From NCBI RefSeq assembly GCF_006345805.1, contig NC_043004.1:10602001-10666000 (forward strand): a DNA stretch of 64,000 bases. The letters are read 5' to 3'. Positions 26,447 through 40,174 of the stretch are shown here, piece by piece. Below the pieces are notes generated by a model. That model was not told the DNA's origin, searched no databases, and saw nothing but the letters and a program-made list of their open reading frames with translations. The position numbers were made by a program, and so were the translations under genes. The DNA is from Octopus sinensis. Lineage: Eukaryota. Positions within the stretch are counted from its first letter, which is position 1; each line of letters begins with the position of its first letter.

Positions 26447-26985
26447 AAATAAGAAAATGGAGAAATACATCCACATCAAATATCAACTACCAGATAATAC
26501 CCAATCACATACTTTATTAAACCACTACATAAGAAACTTTAAGGTCAAACATAATAATATAGAACAAAACAGTAAACAGCTGTAAGATGTAGTTTATATT
26601 TATATTTATTTATATTTATATTCTCTTATACATATTGTACTTATTGTATCATATTACTCCTTTATGTACACTGTTTTGTTCTATATTATTATGTTTGACC
26701 TTAAAGTTTCTTATGTAGTGGTTTATAAAGTATGTGATTGGGTATTATCTGGTAGTTGATATTTGATGTGGATGTATTTCTCCATTTTCTTATTTTGTAT
26801 TATGAATTTGTGGTAAAACATTTTACCTTTGCCCATATAATACAGTAAATGAATTAATTGCATCGCAATTCTTAACATTTATGTATTAACTTTGTTGGGT
26901 ACTTCACTAGCAGTATATTGGATATATGTTATCCCATAGAGGGTTGCATTTACAACCCCTATCTCAATTTGTATATATATATATA

Positions 26986-27032
<47 letters not shown>

Positions 27033-27415
27033 TTGTGTGTCTGTGTTTGTCTCCCCAACATCACTTGACAACCGATGCTGGTGTGTTTACGTCCCCGTAA
27101 ATTAGCGGTTCGGCAAGAGATACCAATATAATAAGTACTAGGTTTACAAAGAATAAGTCCTGGAGTCGATTTGCTCGACCTAAGGCGGTGATCCAGCATG
27201 GTCACAGTCAAATGACTGAAACAAATGAAAGAGTAAAAGAGCGGTATTTCGTCCGTTTTCACGTTCTGGGTTTAAATTCCGCCAATGTCGAGTTTGCCAT
27301 TTATAGTTTCGGGGTTGATAAAGTAAATTGCAGTTAAGCACTGGAGTCGATGTAATCGACTTACCCTCTCTCCCGAAATTGCTGGCCTTGTGCAAGAATT
27401 TGAAACCAATATTTG
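26176..27415 (+). mobile_element. Nested insertion: Nin-like SINE split by a CORE-like SINE, itself split by a foldback insert
   Basis: Nin head 26176-26228 (...aaatgcttagcg) resumes at 27241 (gcggtatttcgtcc...). CORE-SINE head 26229-26398 and tail 27010-27240. Insert 26443-26973. Confidence 0.8.
26443..26799. repeat. Near-perfect inverted repeat, about 130-bp arms with 96-nt spacer
   Basis: 26443-26573 versus revcomp of 26670-26799 differ by one indel on manual comparison. Confidence 0.92.
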
Positions 27416-27993
27416 GAGTCGAGAAAAAAACTTTGTCTATCAACAAATGAAATTCTTTTATAGGGATGTCTTATGAGCCCAGTTTGCAAATGTTTTACAT
27501 CAATTCGGCGCAATGATAGCTACCGGGTGACACAAAGAATGTAGATGTCAACATATTAAGATATGGTCAGCTCTGTATTGAATGCACATCTGTTGGGTGA
27601 AGCAGACATCTTTTCAGCGGAACGCTAAACCACAGTACAAGCTTTTTATGAAAAAAAAAAATGAGAATTGTTTCTATTTTGTCAGTGCATATCAATTTAC
27701 AACTTCGAGAATGTATATTATGTAGAACATAAAGATAGTGTTTTCCTAAATCTCGAAACTAGTATTATCAATAAACAGAGTCTCAAGAGTTTCACACAAC
27801 ATAGAAACCTGAAAAGATTCAATTTTATATGATAAGTACAAGCATTTTAGTAAAAAATATATGCCAAAAGAACGACACGGAAACTTGCTATAAGCCATTT
27901 TGTGTAAATCATAATTCCCTATCATAGTTCAGCAAAATGATGAACACAGAACAATACCAGTTACATTCAATAATACACACACACACACACACA

Positions 27994-28024
<31 letters not shown>

Positions 28025-29066
28025 AAACACGCACATACACATGCACGCATGCACACACAAATATGTAATATAATATCATGTAATATATTATTTCTGGGAA
28101 ATGCGTGCCTGTGGAATATCTCTTTCTATAAATTCTGAATAATATATCATTGCTAGCGGATTTTTTCTAAACTTTTGCTATTAGAAACTTATACATAAAA
28201 CCTATTCAGATTCTAATTAGATTTGAACAGATACCTATCTCTAGACGAACAAAAAATATCTTTACACGAGAAGGAATTAGCGAGTTGAACTCGTAAAAAT
28301 AATAATATAACTCTGACGAAATTAAAACGACGAAATTGATGTGATAGCATAACGAGAATTAATAGAAGGTTTTTACTGAATTATAGTACTTATATTCTTT
28401 TCTTTCCTTTTTAGCTAAAAGAATGGATGTGAAAGTTGGATCATGTGAGACTTTCCAGCACATGCAAAAGGATTCTCAGTCTTATGAAGTTCGTAGTTAA
28501 CAAGCGGCTGACGTTAATGCTTTTTGTAAATGTTAAAAGAAATACACATGATGCAATTTGTGTATTGGAGAAAAAGGTATTATATCAAGGGTAGGAAATA
28601 CGCCTCATAGAATCAGTTAAATACAATGTTACTAATACATTATATCACTAGTTTTCATTAGAATAACGCTTTCTCATATAAGACCACGAAATTTTCTATA
28701 GATGAATATAATCAAGTATATTGATCCTTCAAAGGACAAATAGTTGGGACTCAGAACGTGCACAAAAAATTTAATTAACACAAAGCCTTATCGTTGACGC
28801 TCTACCAACTCTACTAATCCACCAAACAATATAACCACTATAAGATTCTCATGAAGAAACATTAAGACACCAGATGAATTACAGATGCTTCAAAAAGTCA
28901 TATGGCGCGCATATATTTTACAAAGATGATTACAGCATAGCGCGGGAACAAAACTAATTAGAGACAACTCTTTTGATGAGCTCAAGTTGTCATGTATATT
29001 TATGTATATATATATATATATTATATATATATATATATATGAATACGTACATGCAAACATACATAC

Positions 29067-29120
<54 letters not shown>

Positions 29121-29384
29121 TACGTATGTATATGTATATTAATGGCGGAGAGAATTAGATTTTGCAGCATTGCAGTATTTCCACAAACGTGTAATTAGCG
29201 GAAGTAAAGGGGGAAAAGCTACAGGGTAAAATAGAAACAAATTACACATTTGGCTTAGTGAAACTTGACGCCATACCTATGATGAGGCTCGCCATTAACA
29301 AGGACTATGCGAATCCACACACACACACCTATGTATGATCTCTTTTTCCTCCCCTCTCTGTCTGCATACGCACACACACACACA

Positions 29385-29457
<73 letters not shown>

Positions 29458-29653
29458 TTATATATATATATATATATATATGTGTATATAGGCATATATA
29501 TGCCTTTAAGCATGCAAGAATGTACTCATGCGAACATGTATATATACATATTTTAATATGCATGTATATATATACACACATATATATATATATATATAAA
29601 TACACACATATATATGTATATATATGTATATATATATGTGTGTATATATATAT

Positions 29654-29720
<67 letters not shown>
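29385..29720. repeat. Long (AT)n-rich microsatellite block
   Basis: Direct inspection. Similar blocks at 36580-36740, 37000-37190, 52160-52860 and 61560-61660. Confidence 0.95.
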
Positions 29721-29727
<7 letters not shown>

Positions 29728-30489
29728 TTGTACATACAAATATACACACATGCCAAATATTTAGAACTGGATTAGCTGTAGCAGTTACTGTGCTTCCATT
29801 TTCTTCAGGATGTTATTTCTATTTCTATAGACAAGAAAAAAATGTCTATTGTTCTTGTTGTTGTTGTTCTTTTCGTTACTTTTATTATTATTATTGTCGT
29901 TGTTGTTTTTCTGCTGCTGCCGTTGCTGCTGCTGTCGTCGTTGTTGTTTTCGTGTTTTAGTTTTCGCGACGAAAAGCGGAATTTAAGTAAAGCAATTAAG
30001 GTGTGAAATCTAAATAGATTTAGTAAAGAACAGGAGTGAGTCTGGAATAAATTGAATTACTTTCGATATTAGACAACTGTCTTTGATATTCTAAAACTGT
30101 TAACACCTATTTGCTATTCTATAGAGACTGTATTACCAATGTAGCGCTCAGTTCCATTGCCACTGAGCAATTTGGTTAACAGCTAAATTCTGTAGATTTT
30201 GTCTGCAAGTTATAATGTGCTGGTGCCAACATGCGTGTGTGCGAGTGAGCATGTGTGTGCGTTAGTGTGTGTGTGTGTGTGTGGATGTCTGTAAATAAGT
30301 GTTTACTTTTCTACGTGTGTCTTAGAGAATAGTGTATCTGTACGTGACTGGCTGTGCGTATCTCTATGTATTTCTTGTACGTGAAAGCGTTCGTCTGCAA
30401 TATGAACTAGCGCAATGGTGGAGATATCGGTAGCTTCATTGGATATCGGAGGTTTCGATGACTCACTGGTTCTTCCGACAGGAATGGTG

Positions 30490-30503
30490 GTAGCCATGGT
30501 AAC
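30490..30503. promoter_or_regulatory. RFX X-box motif GTAGCCATGGTAAC
   Basis: Exact match to the GTHNYYATRRNAAC consensus, in a repeat-free, CpG-containing island (about 30.3-30.75 kb) with a GC-box-like cctccgccc at 30709. Confidence 0.45.
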
Positions 30504-31045
30504 CATGCTGAAATACTATTCTGCAAAACTACACATTACTAATGAGGGATGCGGCGACATACAAGTCACCTTCCAGTCTGCCGACTCAGTGACTCGATTT
30601 CGATTTGCTGTCGCAATGTTTAATTTACTTCCCTTCCCTTCTCCAATTAATTCACTTGACGAAATCATGAACGTCACATAATCTCATGGTCAGATTTCTC
30701 GCCTACTTCCTCCGCCCTATCTATGATAATATTTCCGGATTTTTGACATAGAAAGAGAGAAACTATGAATAATGAAGTGGTAATCGCAGCTGGAGAAGAA
30801 TTATGATCTTAAGCCAATGAGAGAACCGGCACATCTTCTCCAGTTCTGCCAGAAATAGCTGTGAAATATTCTTCAAACAACACTTGTGTGTGGCTTAAAT
30901 ATCAATTAAATCACGTCTGTAGCTAAGTGGATGAGGTAAACTTGATAAACTATGTTAGGTTTAAAATATAGGAAGAGTCTTCATGGTAAGAACATCTTTG
31001 AGCTTTGATCTCTTTGATCAAGGCTAATCTGATGTCAATTTAGGG

Positions 31046-31258
31046 AGGTCAGCTGGCAGAATCGTTAGCACGCAAGGCAATTTGCTTAGCGGCAGTTCCC
31101 CCGTCTCTACTTTCTGAGTTCCTATTCTACCGGGGTAGACTTTCCCTTTCATTCTTTCGAGATCGATGAAATAAATACCAATTGAACACTGGGATTGATT
31201 TAATCGCCTTGGTCCCTCCTCCAAAACTGCTGGCCTTGTGCCAAAATATGAAACCATT
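31046..31258 (+). mobile_element. Nin/Deu-like tRNA-SINE, diverged; a second head follows at 31275-31375
   Basis: ggcagaatcgttagcacg...gcttagcgg...ccctttcattctttcgagatcgatgaaataaatacc...ggccttgtgccaaaatatgaaacc. Confidence 0.7.
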
Positions 31259-32469
31259 AGAATAACAGCAATAAGGTGGAGAACTGGCAGAAAGGTTAGC
31301 ATGCCGGGCAAAATGCTTAGCAGCATTTCGTTCGTCTTTCCGTTCTGAATTCAAATGCTACCGATGTCGACTTTGCACACACATATGAACACACACACAT
31401 ACATGCATACACACTTACATGCATGTATACATACATACATGCATGTGTATGCGCACACACATGCGCACAAACAAACAAAAAGAACGCAGCTTGAATAATG
31501 GACAGAGTCAACAATAATTGAAAAGGCTGCAAGGGACAACGAACATTTTAGATAAATAAATAAGTAAATGAGTGGAAATTTTACCGGTGAGTGTGTTAAA
31601 TTACAAGGCACTAAAAGAGAATGACTCTCCTCAGACACAAGAGAAAAGAAAAGGGACAAACTATTGAATAAGCTTTCTCCCCTTATATAACAAATGAATG
31701 AAGTGATAATTGTCCATTCATACAAGATGATTATACAATGAAATTCAAATGTGTCAACCACTCCTGTAACAGGTGTATGTATATTACCCGACGTTGACGT
31801 GGATGAAGGCGCGAGGTTTTCAGGAATGTTAGTCCCCAAAAACTACAGCAAGAAGACATGTACGTAACTCGTTTGTTTTTATGGAACACATACACACTCA
31901 CAACACACTGATGCACACACACACACATACACACACAACACACACACCACACACACACACACACAATCACGCATCCAGGTACATACATACACACACAAGC
32001 TCACACACGAGTAAATACGCATATCGGATTCTCTCAGTTTCTTTCTACGAAATTCTACTGAAAAAGCAAGTTGCCGATCAACCTATCCGAAGGGCGGGCA
32101 CTGAGTTCGAACGTGGAGCCACATGCTGCCTAGCTAAGTCTTAAACCCACAATCAGCCATGGCTGCAGTTAACTTTAACTTCATGCGGTGCCTGTGGGGC
32201 AAGTGTGCTTTGCAGAGTATAATTCCATTCCTAGTTAGACATGCGGTTGGACTTGAAATATGCTTCACAGTTTAATGAGTTTCATGCTTATCATAGCAAG
32301 TGTTGTTCGCGCATCATGGCTGCTTACATATATTTAAGTGTATTTGGGTCATTGATTGTTAAGAGATTTAGACTTATATGGAGGTCATGTCAATAAAAAG
32401 AAAAATTAAATATTACTTCGTTTTTGTATTTGGTTTTCAAGATTCTTGATGTAAATTCGTGTCTTGCAA

Positions 32470-32770
32470 CAAATTTTGTTCTGTCTTGGCTGAGTCATTA
32501 CGCCAATAATAAAACACGCACAGGTTCAATTCCAGTTCTTTGTTGTTAGTCAATTGGCTAAACAATCGATCGGTTGTTTGTTAGTCAAAGTTCTTTCGTC
32601 GCTGTTCGCGACATTTTCAGTTACACGGTGACTTCGCTTCTAGCTCCGAAGTCGATTGGTTATTTGCTTAGATATCTAACCAATTGACTTATAATAAAGA
32701 AGTGGAATCGAACATGTGTACTATTATTGTTGGCGTAGTGACTCTCCCAAGACACAAAACAATTCAACAT
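32470..32770. mobile_element. Degenerate foldback/MITE
   Basis: gtcttggctgagtcattacgccaataata (about 32484) is the inverse of tattattgttggcgtagtgactctcccaagac (about 32722-32753); inner IR agtcaattgg / ccaattgact. Confidence 0.6.
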
Positions 32771-33019
32771 CATTCATGTCAAGAAAATATTACAGCATTA
32801 CACTATGTCAGAGCCTTCAAATTAGCTCCAAGTACTGGGCCACTTTACCACAGATGATCTTTTTCTAGTGAGGTCATATTCTTAGCATACTTAGGACCGA
32901 GTCACTAAGACTGGTGCTTCTCTTCAATTCTAGAAAATATCTCAATTCATAACAGACTCTAACAACCTGCTAAGCTCAGTTGAAGATAAAAAATGAGTAA
33001 TACTCCTACGTCGTGAAAA

Positions 33020-33345
33020 ATAATGCTGCTACATGCACAGACATTCTGGATCGCAGCCAGATTAAGGCCACTCAGATACTTTAGATTCAATCACTAAGGG
33101 ACAAACTTCAAGCTCTGCTCCACAAGCCTATCTCTTTTGCTTTCAACCGCTGCACTAACGGCCCTATGTTCTTCGAAGCTGGTTGGTCTCGCACTTGCAT
33201 CACTCAGACATGTTTTTCCAGCTCTCGCCACTCTTGTTGCGTCCAATGAAACAGGTTTGGTATTAACCATTAGACAGCCCTTCCTTTCCAGATTGTCAAC
33301 CCTATGGAACGATCTTCCTCGAAATGTCTTTCTCAAAACTCACCA
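33020..33345 (+). mobile_element. Old Jockey/CR1-group LINE 3' fragment
   Basis: DILDRSQIKA...LQALLHK; ALCSSKLVGL...FLSRLSTLWNDLPRNVF resembles LLDRVQ.KA..LQSL.HRR..GLCSSEL..FF.RT..LWN.LP..VF. Confidence 0.65.
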
Positions 33346-34958
33346 CTCACCTCTTAGAAAAGAAGGACACGTTGGAAAATAGTGGTTCGCGAGAGAGCAT
33401 TGAACTTATAACAAAAGCGGAATACTCACGGCTTATAGCATTTGATTTACAAATCAGGACCCACGTGGGGCAAACAAAAATAAAAACAGCACTGCAATCT
33501 GTCTTGTTTCCTGATATGAAACCCGAAACTTTGTAGGCTTTTCATCGTCACCCACTGTGTTATGAAAGCATATAATGTCATGAATATTCGACGTCTTTAA
33601 AATTTTGTGCGCTTCGCAGCACACAAAGTGGCCCAACTTTAGTACGAAACAACGTGAGATGAAATGCCTTGTTCAAGAAAACAAAATGTTACCCGTTTCA
33701 AGAATCGAACTCGCGGCGTTACTGTAGTGAATCCAACAGATAAACCACTAGACCACGTGCCTGCATTTATGCCCACTATTAAATTCTTTTTTGGATAGAC
33801 ATGGGCGTAGTAACCCGTGAAAAAGGAAAACGACACACACATATACACGTACATAAATACATATTTATGTAGATCTATAGATATATACACAAACATGCCA
33901 ACATACCGTCTCTCTCTATCTCTCACTCGCAAATAGATATATAGCTATCTGTGTATCATAATAAATGAATGTACACCGCAGACAAGTATGCTACTGATGT
34001 TTTGCACAAGAAAAAAATTCTCCATAGATATGTATTAAAAACACAACATATATGTATCGAAGCGAAACAAATTTTGCCAAAGCAATGATTTCTTGGGGTT
34101 ATCAATAACATTCACCTGTTTTGTCACATGCCTGGACGAAATTTGATCTTTGATATATAAATAACACTTACTGGTAATGCTGAATGATTGCTGGTCCGTA
34201 AAAAACTCCGTGTACGTAACTGAAACAATATTAAATCAAAAAGCCTGCTCTATTTCATACTAAATGTAAATACCCCATAGAAATGTATGCTGTGTGGTAT
34301 TATCCGAAAGTAAATCTCTCCATAAACATGCTGTATTCAGAATAGAAAAATATAATGAAATATCAAGAGACTCAAGCGAACGTTAATTGCGATCCAGCTT
34401 CCTTGGCATGCGATGAAATGGTAGCCGTCATTGACAACCCCTACGGTAGTTCAAACCTATCTAACGTTCCCATGAATCACGGCGGCAAGAATATTCGAAC
34501 TGCGCACGTATCACCTGACTGGAAATCGTACTACCAATGACACAAGTTGTATTCAGAGTATATACGCTTGACTATGTATAATCTAAATGGTTTCAATATT
34601 CTTTTCAGAATATTGTTTACGTTAAGTGTAGTGGCATACACGGCAAAAGTCCCAAGGCTCGTATTTTATTCTATTTTATATTTAAATTTTGCAACTACAC
34701 ATTCATGCATACATACATACATACATACACACACATACACGCACACATGCACACATACACTCACACACACATCAACACTTGCATAGTTGAATGAATAAGA
34801 AATTCGCTCTGAAACCAGATGGCTCCGGTATCAATATCGCTGTGGGGAATCTTGGGCAAGTGTCTTTTGCTATAGTCCAAACCTGACCACTACCTCGCGA
34901 GTGAATTTGGTAGATGGAAACTTAGTGGAAGCCCATCGTATGCATATATATATATATA

Positions 34959-35611
34959 TACAAAATTAAGAGGTACGGCCACTAAAGTTGACACCTAATA
35001 TGCTAATCATAGACGTCAAATCGCCATTAGCACGAAGAGTGTGTTCTCAAGAAAAATCTCAGCAAAACGCCAAAATGTAAAAATGAGCAAGAAAAATGAA
35101 AATATAAAAAATAAAAAACGATTAATTACGTACCATGGTTTCACTTGTTAATATTTACGTATGTAATTACGTAAATATCTGCGAGATCATCAGCATAATT
35201 TCCAGAACTAGACACATCAACATAATTTCCAGAACTAGATACAGAATGCGCGGCGAAGTGAAGACATTTGAAAAAATATACCCAATGTAATTTGTAGAAC
35301 TTTATACATGCTCGATTTTGGTTGAGCGTTCTGTATCTAGTTCTGGAAATTGTGTTTTGTAATGCGACAGACTACGCTGATGATTTTGCAGATATCTATG
35401 TAATTACATACGTAACTATTAACAAGTGAAAACATGGTATGTAATTAATCGTTTTTTATTTCTTATATTTTCATTTGTCTTGCTCATTTGTACATTTTAG
35501 CATTTTGCTGAGATTTTTCTCGAGAACACACTCTTCGTGATAACGTCGATTTGACGTCTATGATTAGCATATTAGGTGTCCACTTTAGTGGTCACTCCTC
35601 TTAGTTTTGTA
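34959..35611. mobile_element. Foldback MITE (about 650 bp) with about 270-bp TIRs at a TA site
   Basis: tacaaaattaagaggtacggccactaaagttgacacctaatatgctaatcatagacgtcaaatcg... mirrored by ...cgatttgacgtctatgattagcatattaggtgtccactttagtggtcactcctcttagttttgta. Confidence 0.9.
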
Positions 35612-35712
35612 TGTAACATAATTTTTAATCTTGGGATTTTTTTAAATATGTTAAGCCACTGGTTTTAATTGATTAATATCAATTTCTACCCTTATTAATT
35701 ATATATATATAT

Positions 35713-36010
35713 GGAGGCGCAATGGCCTAGTGGTTAGGGCAGCGGACTCGCGGTCGTAGGATCGCGGTTTCGATTCCCAGACCGGGCGTTGTGAGTGTTT
35801 ATTGAGCGAAAGCACCTAAAGCTCCACGAGGCTCCGGCAGGGGGTGGTGGCGATCCCTGGTGTACTCTTTCGCCACAACTTTCTCTCACTCTTTCTTCTG
35901 TTGGCCTGCTCGCTTAGCCAGCGTGGTGGCGTCATTTGAAGGCTAAAACAATGCGAAGCGCATTGTGACCAGCGATGTGTAACAACATCTGATGGCCTGG
36001 TCGGTCTGGG
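35713..36010 (+). mobile_element. tRNA-derived SINE (OK-like)
   Basis: ggaggcgcaatggcctagtggttagggcagcggactcgcggtcgtaggatcgcggtttcgattccc head (A/B boxes) running on into a SINE body. Confidence 0.9.
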
Positions 36011-36610
36011 TATATATATATAAAAATTTATAAATAAGGATAATATCGATATTCAAATATCGATTTTATCAAGTGGCCATCATGGGAATAAATACCATAC
36101 AAAGGTAATTATTTAAAACTATAAATAAGGGTATCTGAGAGATAACACCATGCCGAAATAGCAGTCATATATATATGTATATATATGTGCGCGCGCGTGT
36201 GTGTGTTGTGTGTGTATGTGTAAGTATGTATATGTATATACAATATTAAGGGTTCGTAGTAATCAGGTACTACAATGGTAGGCACGAGGTTGAGTCGAAA
36301 TTAACTTGTAAACATCAACTTTAGTCAAATGTGTATCTCGGGTACCGAAATAAATCCAGTGGAATATTCAGGTTATGTGTACAGAGAATTTAACCCTAAT
36401 GAGTATATTAATAGCCTATAGTCTAAATCAATAGTGTACGTTGCAATCTTCGTAGGATATATGGCATATTCCAGAATATGCCAGAATATATGACGGGTTG
36501 GGGTTCCATTGTGGTGTATTATGAGCAAATAAATATATAATGATGGTTATACGTATTCAACATTTGATTATTTAATTATTTGTGTGTATATAATATATAT
36601 ACATATATAT

Positions 36611-36663
<53 letters not shown>

Positions 36664-36688
36664 ATATATAATATATATATATTTATAT

Positions 36689-36743
<55 letters not shown>

Positions 36744-36745
<2 letters not shown>

Positions 36746-36985
36746 GTAATTCCTGGACTATCGCGGGTGTTGGGTTTCAAACCGCTCGTGGTAGGGGAAG
36801 TCCGCGAAGTAGAAAACATACTGTACTGTATATTTAAAAAAAAAATTTTTTCTATAATTTGTATATGTTTATTTTATCATAAATGCAAAACAACACGGCG
36901 GAGGAATCACAATCAACGTAAGCGTAAATAATAAACTGCGTTAGCTGAACCGCGTTAGGTGAACCACGATGGCGACGGATTACTG
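36744..36985. mobile_element. pogo/Tigger-like MITE
   Basis: ta|cagtaattcctggactatcgcgg ... ccacgatggcgacggattactg: imperfect CAGTAAT TIRs. Confidence 0.7.
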
Positions 36986-37815
36986 TGTGTGTTATATATA
37001 TAGATATATAAATATAAATATATATATTATATATATATATATAATATATATATTATAATTATATATATATATATATACTATATTATATATATATATATAT
37101 AATATATATAATATATATATTATATATATACACATATATAGATATATATGTATATATAATATATATATATATATGTATATATATATACACATGCACGTGT
37201 GTGTTCTTTTTGTCTTTGTCACCCATCGCTTAACAAAAGCAATTCGGCAAAGAAACCAATAGCATATCCCCTTCAGGTCTTTGTCCCACCGTTATGGCAG
37301 CCCCTTTAGTTTATAAACACAATTTTATTCACTGTCTCTCTCTCTGTTCTGCTTAATATATATATATCATTTGTAAATTTGACGCCACGCCCTATACTCC
37401 CTTCCCGCATAATGCTTCCGCTAAGCAAGAAAAACATAATACTGTCCGTGTAATTCCCCTACATCGAGGGTGAACAAATGTCCATCTTTAACGCCCCACC
37501 CAATTTGTGCGGCAAATGTTTATATTTAAGATTAACTTAGTAGAAATAAAAAATTTGAAATGCAGAAATTCCAATGTCGTAACACAAAAACATAAGACGA
37601 ACTATATGTATATGGAAGTATACGTACATACATATATAATGTGTTTGTGTGTGTATGTATGTGTATGCATGCATATATACATATATATGTATGCATGTAT
37701 ATATATATATAAATGTGTGTATTTATAAATATATATACATATATATATATGTATATACATACATGTATGTATATATATATATACATTTGTATATGTACAT
37801 ATACATAATCATATA

Positions 37816-37904
<89 letters not shown>

Positions 37905-37942
37905 GTTGTGGATATGTATATGTACATATACATAGATATATC

Positions 37943-37974
<32 letters not shown>

Positions 37975-37991
37975 CGTATGTTATATATATA

Positions 37992-38030
<39 letters not shown>

Positions 38031-38117
38031 CAAGGAAAATATCAACACAGAAAAATATAAGATATAAGAAGAAAAGACAAACAAATATATATATATAATT
38101 TATATATAAATATACAT

Positions 38118-38174
<57 letters not shown>

Positions 38175-38575
38175 ATATATTTAAAGATATAAGGAAAAAT
38201 ATACTAAGTAACAAATGCAACAAAAAGAAAGAAAAACGGAAACCAAATAAAAAGGAGGGATTTTTCTGAAAAGATTTAAACTTTTTTCTTGCTTATTGTT
38301 TTTATTTATTTGTTTTTTGGTTTTGTTTTCTAGAATAACATTTTCCTCGTCTGGAATTCTGATCTAAATTAATTGGCAGTAGAAATGCTTGCGTGTTATG
38401 ATAGATAGCTCTAGTCTTTCTATAGCTGGAGAGTCTTTGTATACCGATGTAGACCACTAAACGAATACCCTCAGGTCACTATATTTTTTAATGCATGTAT
38501 ATATGCATGTGTATATGTATGCATGTACGTATGCATGCTTGCATGTGTGTATGTATCTCTCTCTCTTTCTCTATC

Positions 38576-38606
<31 letters not shown>

Positions 38607-39518
38607 CTATCTATTTGTCTATCAATCTGTGTATCTGTCTATCTTTCTATCTATTTATCTATTCATCTATCTATCTGTCTATCTATCTACTTATGTATCT
38701 GTCTTAGTATATGCTCTTCGAAGAAGAAACGAACTAATCAATGGCCATACTAATCACTTAAAGTACATAACTACCCGTTCATTCTTTCATCATTTGTGTA
38801 TGTGTGTATATATATGTGTGTATATATATGTGTATATGCATATATATATATATATATATATGTAGGTCCCGGGTTGATTCGGGGTTAACCACAGTATATA
38901 TATATATATACATATGTATATACATATATACATATATATATATATATACATACATATGTGTATGTATATGTATATATATATATTCACTATACACACGTGC
39001 TTTGTGTTTTCCTTTCCGTCTATCTGACTTGCAGGCAACTTCCAGACTCTATGATACAAAGACAACTTTCGAATGTTCTGATGTTCTTCCATGTTCTTCC
39101 ACAGAACAGTAATCTTCAATGCTGTGAGATAGTCAGAGAGTGATGTTTTCATGTAGCTGAAGAATGCTGAGAGAAAATTCTGTGAAGAATAAGTACATGC
39201 TTTGAAGTTTAGATGATGTAGATCTATTTATCGCCTTAGAAATACAGTTTCCCAAACCTGGTGTAATTGTTTGAAGAATCTTGTATTTAATGTATTTGAA
39301 ACATTTATTTCCGCCTCGTATACTAAGAAGGGTTGTCGCTAGGTTTCGTGTTATCTAAATATATTATTCTTGAAAATACATATCACAGAAGGAAGGAACT
39401 CTTAGTGGTGTGGTATGACTTTTGCGCCAAAATCTTAACGTTCACCGGCGACTTCAAGCGGCTGATACCCCCGGGTAAATTCTTGCTGTAAAATGGTGCT
39501 ATCCAGGGTTGTAAGTAC

Positions 39519-39631
39519 TAATAGAAAGATTGGTCGGTGTTAGATTATTGCACATTAGTGATGACGAAAGTATGAGGCGCATTTCATCGAGTAGGGTACG
39601 ATGGAATTCGGCAAGTTCTAATTGCAGAATA
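39519..39631 (-). CDS. Isolated candidate exon: ILQLELAEFHRTLLDEMRLILSSSLMCNNLTPTNLSI
   Basis: Long pyrimidine tract plus gaatcag| directly after an in-frame stop, 37 open codons, weak donor TTA|gtactt. Not phase-linked to the other exons. Confidence 0.3.
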
Positions 39632-39939
39632 CTGATTCACGGGAGTAAGCGCATTAGAAGAGATATGTCAGTGAAAGGGGAAGAATAAAACAAATGAATC
39701 TGCGCTAGTGTTTGCAACGGGAATCTTTGGAAATTAAACGAATGGCTTTGTTTTTTTTTTCATGTAATACGAGGTGCCTGTGTGCGAAACATCCTCAATA
39801 TATATATTATATATTTCTGCAGCAACTCTCGTGTGATGCATACATATCCTTTAAACAGAGTTAGCAATACAGGTGGACTGAGTTATCTTCCGAAAGCTTG
39901 AGCAGTAAGTTTATGTCGCTTTGCATGCAAGTACTCACG

Positions 39940-40165
39940 TATGTATGTATGTATGTATGTATGTATGTATGTATGTATGTATGTATGTATGTATGTATGT
40001 ATGTATGTATGTATGTATGTATGTATGCATGCATGTATGTATGCATGTATGTATGTATGTATGTATGTATGTATGTATGTATGTATGCATGTATGTATGT
40101 ATGTATGTATGTATGTATGTATGTATGTATGTATGTATGTATGTATGTATGTATGCATGCATGCA
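39940..40165. repeat. (ATGT)n microsatellite
   Basis: Direct inspection. Confidence 0.95.
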
Positions 40166-40174
40166 TGTGTGTAT

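Noticed and set aside
23046-28580. Further plus-strand exon candidates near 23.05, 23.5 and 28.46 kb
   Set aside because: They can be chained in frame, but equally plausible readings exist on the minus strand and one join needs a donor inside a T-run; not distinguishable from noise.
30415-30681. 88-aa plus-strand ORF
   Set aside because: No homology recognised and no splice context; the region looks more like a regulatory island.
35713-35790. tRNA gene (also 25070-25144, 49755-49827, 50990-51061)
   Set aside because: A/B boxes are present, but the sequence continues into a shared SINE body; these are SINE heads.
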